From NCBI GenBank assembly GCA_045863855.1, contig BTVV01000050.1, positions 1-40,837 on the forward strand: a stretch of DNA of 40,837 nucleotides. The letters are read 5' to 3'. The notes beneath the pieces were generated by a model that saw nothing but the letters and a program-made list of their open reading frames with translations, did not search any database and had not been told where the DNA came from. The stretch comes from Planctomycetota bacterium. GTDB taxonomy: Bacteria; Planctomycetota; SZUA-567; H5-PLA8. The position numbers were made by a program, and so were the translations under genes. Shown in pieces: positions 33,735-40,837 of the stretch (within the stretch, counting starts at the first letter, position 1; every line of letters starts with the position of its first letter).

Positions 33735-34814
33735 TTGACCTTGCCCGCCATCGATCGACTCTTTCAATTGATGCAACAGGCCAAGGGCAGCGATCTGCAT
33801 CTGGCCGAAGGGCAGCCGCCAAAGTACCGGGTGCACGGGCACATCGCGCCGATTCCCAACGAGGGCGTGCTAACGCACGACCAACTCACCGCGTATTTGC
33901 AGGAAATCTGTCCGGTGCACCACTGGGCGAAGTACGTGAAAAAAGGCGACTGCGACTTCGCATACGCCATGGGCGCTTCGGACCGCTTCCGCGCGAATTA
34001 TTACAAGCATCAGCGGGGCTACGGTGCGATCTTCCGTATCATTCCGACCAAGATCCTGACGCTCGAACAGCTCAACGTGCCGAAGAAGCTCTACGATTTC
34101 TGCGAACTGACCAGCGGGCTGGTGCTGGTCACGGGCCCGACGGGCTCGGGTAAATCGACGACGCTGGCGGGGATGATCAACGAGATTAACGCGCACAAGG
34201 CGCGGCATATTCTGACCATCGAAGAGCCGGTCGAGTTCGTGCATCCGCCGAAGAAGTCGATCATCACGCAGCGCGAAGTGGGCGACCACACCAAGGGCTT
34301 CGGAGCCGCGCTGCGCGCGGCGGGGCGCGAAGATTGCGATGTGATTCTGGTCGGCGAAATGCGCGATTTGGAGACCATCGGGCTGGCGGTGAGCGCCGCC
34401 GAAATGGGCGTGCTGGTCTTCGGTACGCTGCACACGAACAGCGCGGCGAAGACGATCGACCGTATCGTCAACGTGTTCCCGCCCGGGCAGCAGCCGATGA
34501 TCCGCGGGATGCTGGCCGGATCGCTACGTGGCGTGGTGTCGCAGACGCTATGCCGCAAGAAAGACGGGCAGGGCCGCGCCGCGGCGCAGGAGATTCTCGT
34601 CAGCAACATCGCCATCGCCGCTGCCATCCGCGACGGCAAGATCGCCAAACTCAATCAGCTCATGTCGGCCGGCAAAGGCGAAGGCATGATCACCATGGAC
34701 GACCGACTGCAGGAATTGATCGACGAAGGCGTCATCTCGGGTAACCAGGCGTATATGAAAGCGATCGATAAAAAGCGCTTCGAGCAGTACGAGCACGAGA
34801 CGGACGGGCACTAA
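33735..34814 (+). CDS. pilT: Type IV pilus retraction ATPase PilT-family
   Basis: GSDLHL, RFRANY, GPTGSGKSTTLA, TIEEPVE, QREVG, REDCDVILVGEMRD, GTLHTNSA. TTG start after GGAGG. Confidence 0.85.
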   Translation: MTLPAIDRLFQLMQQAKGSDLHLAEGQPPKYRVHGHIAPIPNEGVLTHDQLTAYLQEICPVHHWAKYVKKGDCDFAYAMGASDRFRANYYKHQRGYGAIFRIIPTKILTLEQLNVPKKLYDFCELTSGLVLVTGPTGSGKSTTLAGMINEINAHKARHILTIEEPVEFVHPPKKSIITQREVGDHTKGFGAALRAAGREDCDVILVGEMRDLETIGLAVSAAEMGVLVFGTLHTNSAAKTIDRIVNVFPPGQQPMIRGMLAGSLRGVVSQTLCRKKDGQGRAAAQEILVSNIAIAAAIRDGKIAKLNQLMSAGKGEGMITMDDRLQELIDEGVISGNQAYMKAIDKKRFEQYEHETDGH

Positions 34815-34816
34815 AA

Positions 34817-34852
34817 GCGAATGGCAAGGCCTTGCCTTGCCTTGCCATTCGC
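34817..34852. terminator. 14-bp perfect hairpin between convergent genes
   Basis: GCGAATGGCAAGGC-cttgcctt-GCCTTGCCATTCGC. Confidence 0.65.
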
Positions 34853-34878
34853 CAAGTTCATCGCTTGATCGACCGAGG

Positions 34879-36159
34879 CTAGAAATCGATTCCGGCTTCG
34901 GCGGGAGGCGGTCCGCCGTCCCCATCGCGCATCTCACCTTCATGCTTGGCGCCTTTTTTATCTCCTTGGCGCAGCATCTTTTTCATGCCGTCGCCTCGGC
35001 CGCCGGGCGGCGGGGGGCCGTCGGGCGGACCTTCGCCCATGAAGCCGCGCGGTCCGCCCGGAGGCGGCATCTGCGCGGCGGCTTCCTTCGCCAATGCTTC
35101 TTGCGAGGCCATCGCTTCTTCCACGGGCACCGTGGTCGCGGCTTCCTTCAGGATCTGCGCGCGCACGGGGGGCGCCATGCGCCGCGCGCCGGGCTGTTCG
35201 AGCCAATCCTGAAGCGCGTTCAGGAGCCGGCAACGGTCCAGCGGAGTGGGCTGCATCGCGAGCAGTTGCTTGTATGCCGCCAGGATCGGTTCGGCTTGCG
35301 CATCCTTCTGGTAAGGCTCCAGGAGCGGCGGCAAGGCGTGCGCGGCGGCCGGTCCGGTGACGGTGCGGAAGGTCTGGATCGCGTCTTCGGTTTTGCCCAA
35401 GTCGTTTTCCATGCGTCCCACGATCAAGCGCGCCACGCCCGCGACCGCCGGATCGCGCTGCGGCCGCCTGGCTTCCGCCTCGATGAACTGCTTGGCCTCC
35501 GCCAGAGCCGGTTCTCTCTCGCCGGCATCGAAGCGCGCCCGGAAGGCGTTCAGCGCGGCCCGGTCCACGGCATTGACGGTTCGCAGCACGCCAGCGATCG
35601 GATCGTGCGGCTGTCCTCGCGCGCCGGCAAAAGCCGGCGGTCCGCCTTCAGGTCCGCCCGGTCCCATGCGCCGTTCGCCCATGGGGCCGCCGCCTTCGCG
35701 AAGCTGCTGCATGCCTTGACGCAGCTTCTCGCGCTCTTCGGGCGTCAGTTCCTGCCCGGCGCGCTGCTTGCGCGCCAGCTCTCGCAGATTCGGATCGATT
35801 TCCTGATGCGGCGGGGGTGGGGCGTCCGGCCCTGGCGGAGGAGGCGGCCCCGGCGGTTCGCCTTCAGGTCCGCCCGGTCCCATGCGCCGTTCGCCCATGG
35901 GGCCGCCGCCTTCGCGAAGCTGCTGCATGCCTTGACGCAGCTTCTCGCGCTCTTCGGGCGTCAGTTCCTGCCCGGCGCGCTGCTTGCGCGCCAGCTCTCG
36001 CAGATTCGGATCGATTTCCTGATGCGGCGGGGGTGGGGCGTCCGGCCCTGGCGGAGGAGGCGGCCCCGGCGGTTCGCCGGCCTGCGCCAAGGCCGCCAAG
36101 AGCCCCAGGGCGGCGACTCCGGTGTAGCTCCGTTTAAGGCGCGTCTGTTTCCACCACAT
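34879..36159 (-). CDS. Hypothetical exported Pro/Gly-rich protein with a duplicated 72-aa module
   Basis: ATG 36159 after GGGAGG, signal peptide ending ALAQA, two identical 72-aa units, and a helical TPR-like middle region. Confidence 0.72.
   Translation of the reverse strand: MWWKQTRLKRSYTGVAALGLLAALAQAGEPPGPPPPPGPDAPPPPHQEIDPNLRELARKQRAGQELTPEEREKLRQGMQQLREGGGPMGERRMGPGGPEGEPPGPPPPPGPDAPPPPHQEIDPNLRELARKQRAGQELTPEEREKLRQGMQQLREGGGPMGERRMGPGGPEGGPPAFAGARGQPHDPIAGVLRTVNAVDRAALNAFRARFDAGEREPALAEAKQFIEAEARRPQRDPAVAGVARLIVGRMENDLGKTEDAIQTFRTVTGPAAAHALPPLLEPYQKDAQAEPILAAYKQLLAMQPTPLDRCRLLNALQDWLEQPGARRMAPPVRAQILKEAATTVPVEEAMASQEALAKEAAAQMPPPGGPRGFMGEGPPDGPPPPGGRGDGMKKMLRQGDKKGAKHEGEMRDGDGGPPPAEAGIDF
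35643..36078. repeat. Perfect tandem duplication, 216-bp unit x2
   Basis: Units start at 35643 and 35859 (CGCCTTCAGGTCCGCCCGG...). No mismatch seen by eye. Confidence 0.95.
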
Positions 36160-36353
36160 GCTCAAGCCTCCCCGCGTTAATTGCTGCGTCTGTCCGTGTG
36201 GCGTTCTTCCACGTTCACGGCGGACCCAGTTGTACACCACTTCGCAGCGGCAAACGAGAGGCCACGGTAGGTCAGGTGTTCGGTAATGAAACGGTTTGGG
36301 TGGGGTGGAACGGTGTAGATAGGGTGGGCTATCGACCGCAACAGGGGATCTGA

Positions 36354-39300
36354 ATGCAAACTCGAACTTGGGGTGTATTCGCAATTTTGATGGTTTGGGT
36401 GGGGTCCGGAGGCGCGGCAGAAGGGTATTTTCTCGCCCCTGAGGCGTATAAGCCGGACGATCGGACTCGCTTGTTGCTCCATTTCGACGGCGACCATGCG
36501 GATGCTTCGCCCGACGCTCGCGCGCCGAAGGCCGAAGGTGGAGCGTTCGAGAGTGGCGTGCAGGGACAAGCTTGGCACGGGGACGGCAAGCAGGCCCTGA
36601 GGTACGCGCTCGATAATCCCTGGGACGCTTCAGCGGGCTTTACGGTCGAGGCCTGGGTGCGGCTGGATTACAGCGGGAACGATGTCGAGCAGACGGTGCT
36701 CGACGTAAAGGGTGTGCTGCGCTGTTTGCTTCTTAGCGGCGGGTCGTCTGCTGGATTCGGTTTCGATCTGACGACCGATCAGGGTTCGTACCAGTTGCGT
36801 TCGCAAACCTTTTTACCCTACGGCTGCTGGGTGCATGCGGCATGGAGTTACGATCCGGGCGCCGTGGGCGAAAAAGTCTGTTCGATCCACGTAAACGGCG
36901 TGTTGCTTGAGGACGAATGGAAATACCGCAAGCGTGACACGCCTCAGGGCAAGCTCAAACCGTGCGCGGGTACGATCGAGATTGGCCGAGGCCTGCTGGG
37001 CTCGCTCGACGAGCTGCGCGTCTCGGGCGCGGTGCGCGGCGCGGCAGATCGCCACGACGGCTGGCTGAGCGGGCGCGCGCTGGATTTCCAACCGTTCGTG
37101 CCGGACGCGGTGGCGAAGCGCGAACCGGTACGCGCGCCGAATGCGTCCGGACTGGTAGCCGTCGAAGCGGTAGCGACATTTCAGTCTCTGGGCTTGTACG
37201 TACGCTATGCGGGCGATGTAAATGACAATGCCGGGTGCCGGGTGGCTTATCGCGCCAAGGGCGCGGAGGCCTGGCAGCAGGGCATGGATCTGGTGCACGA
37301 CCGTAAGAATCGGGAGTTCCGCGGCAGCCTGCTGAATTTATCGGCCGGTACCGGCTACGAAATTCAACTCACGCTTTCCGATCCGGACGATCAGACGCCC
37401 GCGCCGGCCTTGACCTTCGAAAAGTCCACGTGGTCCGAAGCGACGCCCGTGGGCGAGACGCGGGAACTGCCCGCTGGAATGCAGAAAAGTTCCTTCGTCA
37501 TCGAGGCGCACGGAAAGCCGGACGCGTGGATCGTTTACTGTCCGGCGCCACAGCAAAAGGAGGCGCTGGATGGCGGCACGGCTTCGCCAGACGCGGTGCT
37601 GATCAGGAATTCCAGCTATGTGATCGTGGAAGATGCGACGATCGCGGGGGGCACGGTCAATGCGGTACGGGTTTTGAACAGCAAGCATATTCGCATTCGG
37701 CGCTGCGAGATGCGCGGCTGGGGTACCGTCGGCGAGCCGGGACCGGAAGCCGATCCGCGCCGCGTGGACGGAGCCGGCCGGAAGATCAATTATCACGCGG
37801 GCGTGAAGATCGATATGGGCAGCGAAGCGGTAACGGTGGAACACTGCTACCTCCACGCTCCCCGCGGACACGCGAACAGTTGGGCGCAGGGGCATCCGAT
37901 GGGGCCGGAAGCGTTCGTAATCGCGAACAGCCTGGGGCGGCACGTCATCCGCTACAACGACTGCATCGGGAGCGAAGGGCATCGCTTCAACGACGCGATC
38001 GAATCCATCGAGAACAGCTTCGTGAACGGCGGACCGTATCGCGATACCGATATCCACGACAATTACCTCGCGTTCTGCAACGACGACGTGGTCGAACTGG
38101 ACGGCGGGCAGATCAACGTGCGCTTCTGGAACAACCGGCTGGCTCTGGCACTGTGCGGGATCAGTTGCGCGCCGTGCCGCCTGGGACCGGCGTATATTTA
38201 CCGGAACGTAATCGGACCCTTGGGCGACGAGCGCGGCGCGACCGGTTCGGCGTATAAAATGGGTGGCGGGCTGCGCTACTCGACAGGCCGTAACGTGATC
38301 CTGCATAACACGATTTACGGTCCGGGGCGCGGCTTGAGCAGCGTGGGCTACGGAAGCGGTGAGGACCGCGGGCGCTACCGTGCTTTCGCGCGCAATAATC
38401 TCTTCGCCGGTTCCGGAACCGAGACCGACATCTACGACAAGCTGAAGGACGCCGAGAACGATTTCGATTACGACCTGCTGGGGCGAGGAGGGGCCGACGC
38501 CGCGCCTGAAGCCGAAGCGCATGCGGTGCGCGAGAAGCCGCAGTTTGCTGACGAATCCGGCGGCGATCTGAGTTTGGCCGAGGGTTCCCCGGGGATCGAT
38601 GCGGGGCAGATTTTGGCGGGCGTGAACGACGGTTTTGCGGGCCAGGCGCCGGACATGGGCGCTTACGAGTTCGGCGGATCGGTGCGCGAGATTCCGCAGC
38701 GGCCGTACGGTCTGCGCGCCACTCCGGCGCTGGTACGCTTCGACTCGCGTCAGCAAAAGAGCGGCTCGGTGAGCCTAACCATTCCGAGCGCGGCCGGAGC
38801 GACGTGGTCGGCGCGAACGGATAGCTCGTGGCTCTCGGCCGAGCCGGCTTCCTCCGCCACGGCCGATGCGGCGCAGACGGTGGCGCTGCGGGTAGCGGGC
38901 TTGCCCGTCGGCGATCACCGCACGGCATTGACTTTCCGCACCGACCGGGGCTTTCAAACGACGATCCTCGTCTTTGCGCGCGTGTATCCCGAAAAGCCTT
39001 TCGAGCTTCAGGTGGAGGCCGAATCCGGAACGATGACCGGGGGCATGGCGAAGGTCGAAGATGCCGCCGCCGCGGGGGGCGCTTACGTACACACACCGAT
39101 ACCGGCCGAAGGCGCGAACGCCGCCAAGGGCAAGCTGGTGTTTGCCTTCGATGTGCCGGAAGACGGCGTGTATCACTTCCGCGCGAGGTGCCTCGCGCCG
39201 GAACCCAGCGGCTTGCACGATTCGTTCCATTTCCGCGTGGACGACGGTCCGCGGCAGGTGTGGGGCGTGCGGGCCGGCGCGACGCGCTGGAGTTGGCAGG

Positions 39301-39452
39301 CAGTACGCGTGGCCGAGGCCGACGACCCCTTCAGGGTCGAACTGAAGAAGGGTTCGCACACGTTGACGGTGGAAACGCGCGAGACGGGCACTTGTCTGGA
39401 CAAGTGGACCTTAGCGAACCATCCGTTCGCGACGGAAGCGGAATCGCGCTGA
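36354..39452 (+). CDS. Large secreted carbohydrate-active protein: LamG-like + FN3-like + right-handed beta-helix + BACON-like + CBM-like
   Basis: Signal peptide; FTVEAWV...LDELRVS (LamG); TGYEIQLTL (FN3-like); NDDVVELDG, YIYRNVI, ILHNTI, GSPGIDAG, APDMGAYE (beta-helix); WSARTDSSWLS (BACON-like); VEAESG and LDKWTL (CBM6/35-like). Confidence 0.75.
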   Translation: MQTRTWGVFAILMVWVGSGGAAEGYFLAPEAYKPDDRTRLLLHFDGDHADASPDARAPKAEGGAFESGVQGQAWHGDGKQALRYALDNPWDASAGFTVEAWVRLDYSGNDVEQTVLDVKGVLRCLLLSGGSSAGFGFDLTTDQGSYQLRSQTFLPYGCWVHAAWSYDPGAVGEKVCSIHVNGVLLEDEWKYRKRDTPQGKLKPCAGTIEIGRGLLGSLDELRVSGAVRGAADRHDGWLSGRALDFQPFVPDAVAKREPVRAPNASGLVAVEAVATFQSLGLYVRYAGDVNDNAGCRVAYRAKGAEAWQQGMDLVHDRKNREFRGSLLNLSAGTGYEIQLTLSDPDDQTPAPALTFEKSTWSEATPVGETRELPAGMQKSSFVIEAHGKPDAWIVYCPAPQQKEALDGGTASPDAVLIRNSSYVIVEDATIAGGTVNAVRVLNSKHIRIRRCEMRGWGTVGEPGPEADPRRVDGAGRKINYHAGVKIDMGSEAVTVEHCYLHAPRGHANSWAQGHPMGPEAFVIANSLGRHVIRYNDCIGSEGHRFNDAIESIENSFVNGGPYRDTDIHDNYLAFCNDDVVELDGGQINVRFWNNRLALALCGISCAPCRLGPAYIYRNVIGPLGDERGATGSAYKMGGGLRYSTGRNVILHNTIYGPGRGLSSVGYGSGEDRGRYRAFARNNLFAGSGTETDIYDKLKDAENDFDYDLLGRGGADAAPEAEAHAVREKPQFADESGGDLSLAEGSPGIDAGQILAGVNDGFAGQAPDMGAYEFGGSVREIPQRPYGLRATPALVRFDSRQQKSGSVSLTIPSAAGATWSARTDSSWLSAEPASSATADAAQTVALRVAGLPVGDHRTALTFRTDRGFQTTILVFARVYPEKPFELQVEAESGTMTGGMAKVEDAAAAGGAYVHTPIPAEGANAAKGKLVFAFDVPEDGVYHFRARCLAPEPSGLHDSFHFRVDDGPRQVWGVRAGATRWSWQAVRVAEADDPFRVELKKGSHTLTVETRETGTCLDKWTLANHPFATEAESR

Positions 39453-39530
39453 GCGTGCTTGAGCGCGCGCCGGACCGCGCTAGCCTTTAACGCACGGTCG
39501 CTTAACCCATTTCCCCCGAGGAGCATCGAC

Positions 39531-40292
39531 ATGGCCCGCAAGCCGATTCCGATTGCCGTGCAATTGTATTCCGTGCGCAAGGACGCCGAGGCGGATCTGC
39601 CGGGCGTGCTGAAGCGGATCGCCAAGATGGGGTACGCCGGTGTCGAGTTCGCGGGCTACTACGGGCACTCGGCGAAGGATATCCGCAAGCTGCTCGACGA
39701 GAACAAACTGAAAGTCGTCGGCACTCATATCGGCCTCCAGACGCTACAAGGCGACGAACTGGCGAAGTCGGTGGAGTTCAACAAGACCATCGGCAACCGG
39801 TTCCTCGTCGTACCGGGCCTGAAAGAAGAGTTCCGCAACAGTAAGGATGCCTGGAAGAAGACGGCCGGACTCTTTAACGAGATTTCGGACAAGCTGAAAG
39901 CTCACGGGATGCTCACCGGATATCACAACCACGCGATCGAGTTCACGCCGCTGGATGGCGAGTTGCCGTGGGATACGTTCTTCGGCAACACGAAGAAGGA
40001 TGTCGTGATGCAGGTGGACACCGGGAACGCGCTGCACGCGGGCTGCAACGTGGTGCCGTTCGTCGAAAAATACCCCGGCCGCGCGTTGACCGTGCACTTG
40101 AAGGAATAAAGCAAGACCAACGACAAGGCGCTGATCGGCGAAGGCGATGTGGACTGGCAGAAGTGTTTCACGCTCTGCGAGACTATCGGCGCGACCGAAT
40201 GGTACATCGTCGAGCAAGAAAGTTACGCGCTGCCGCCGATGGATTGCATCGATAAGTGCCTGCAAAACCTGAAGAAGATGCTGAGCCAGTAA
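39531..40292 (+). pseudogene. Sugar phosphate isomerase/epimerase (TIM barrel) with an in-frame TAA at 40107-40109
   Basis: QLYSVR, GVEFAG, YHNH, QVDTG, VHLKE*SKTNDKALIGEGDVDW...WYIVEQE. The reading frame and family motifs continue past the stop to TAA 40290-40292. Confidence 0.82.
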
Positions 40293-40306
40293 GCGTTCCG
40301 TCGAAG

Positions 40307-40349
40307 CCGTAAACCGCAAGCTCAAGGGCCTGCGGTTTACGGTCCCTTT
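40307..40349 (+). terminator. Terminator-like hairpin
   Basis: CCGTAAACCGCA...TGCGGTTTACGG 12-bp stem followed by TCCCTTT. It lies after the downstream stop (40292), not the premature one. Confidence 0.65.
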
Positions 40350-40377
40350 CCCACATCCTGCAAGCCATGCTCTTGCG

Positions 40378-40405
40378 TTGACACGCTCGGCCTGCCCCGT
40401 ACTCT
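40378..40405 (+). promoter_or_regulatory. sigma70-like promoter
   Basis: TTGACA-N16-TACTCT, about 70 nt upstream of the aminotransferase start. Confidence 0.5.
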
Positions 40406-40475
40406 GCTACCTTTCCGGTAGGGCTCCAATCGCTGGCCCTGCACGTTGCGTACTCCATGGGAAGGGAGATGTGGC

Positions 40476-40837
40476 ATGCCGTTTCCGGTCGCCGATCGTT
40501 TCAAGCATTTGCCTCCGTACCTGTTCGCGGAAATCGACAAGCGCAAGAAGGCTGCCGTCGCCGCGGGCCACGACGTGATCAATCTGGGCATCGGCGATCC
40601 GGATACGCCGACGCCCAAAGTGATCATCGACGCGCTGAAGGAAGCGGCGGACGATCCGAGCACGCACCAGTACGCGCTGGACAACGGCGATCCGGCCTTC
40701 CGCAAGCAGATCGCGGCATTCTTCAAGAAGCGCTTCAAGGTCGAACTGGATCCCGAATCCGAGATCTACCCGACGATCGGGAGCAAGGAAGGGCTTGCGA
40801 ATTTCGCGTTCGCGTTCGTGAATCCCGGCGACATCAC
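40476..40837 (+). CDS. PLP-dependent class I/II aminotransferase, LL-diaminopimelate aminotransferase-like, 3'-partial
   Basis: Manual translation: MPFPVADRFKHLPPYLFAEIDKRK...VINLGIGDPDTPTP...HQY...LDPESEIYPTIGSKEGLAN...NPGD. GGGAG RBS. Confidence 0.85.
   Translation, partial: MPFPVADRFKHLPPYLFAEIDKRKKAAVAAGHDVINLGIGDPDTPTPKVIIDALKEAADDPSTHQYALDNGDPAFRKQIAAFFKKRFKVELDPESEIYPTIGSKEGLANFAFAFVNPGDI

Noticed and set aside
34828..34846. (CCTTG)x3 microsatellite as a phase-variation tract
   Set aside because: It is intergenic between convergent 3' ends and forms part of a terminator hairpin, so it cannot affect a frame or promoter.
35643..36078. Repeat as a CRISPR array or mobile element
   Set aside because: It is two contiguous 216-bp coding units with no spacers and no cas genes.
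40107..40109. Genetic-code reassignment, selenocysteine or pyrrolysine
   Set aside because: The codon is TAA, not TGA or TAG, and TAA terminates several intact genes here (both porins, MOSC, BI-1, pilT).

Overview
A 40.8 kb window of GC-rich (roughly 65%) diderm bacterial chromosome. The gene style is compatible with a Planctomycetota/PVC-type organism, but that is inference only. In order it holds: a sugar-acid catabolism cluster (partial LarA-family nickel-pincer epimerase, UxuB-like SDR, divergent UxaE tagaturonate epimerase); a PhoB/PhoR pair followed by two tandem paralogous OprO/OprP-family porins, with Pho-box-like 11-bp repeats before phoB and porin 1; a deoxyhypusine-synthase-like gene; a His-rich outer-membrane protein; a BtuF-like binding protein; hypothetical and TPR/SPOR envelope proteins; a stand-alone nuoJKLMN membrane-arm operon; a MOSC protein; an MDR dehydrogenase with a 144-bp low-GC in-frame insertion flanked by a 6-bp direct repeat and no structural-Zn cysteines; a divergent YugP-like peptidase/BI-1 pair; two PilT-family ATPases with complementary motif losses around a TIM-barrel gene; a secreted protein with a perfect 216-bp tandem duplication; a 1032-aa multidomain beta-helix carbohydrate-active protein; a sugar isomerase/epimerase gene broken by one in-frame TAA; and the start of a DapL-like aminotransferase. 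I saw no rRNA, tRNA, CRISPR array, transposase or integrase. No single clearly new system is proven. The strongest leads are the LarA/UxuB/UxaE pathway, the MDR insertion, the PilT pair and the diverged porin pair.
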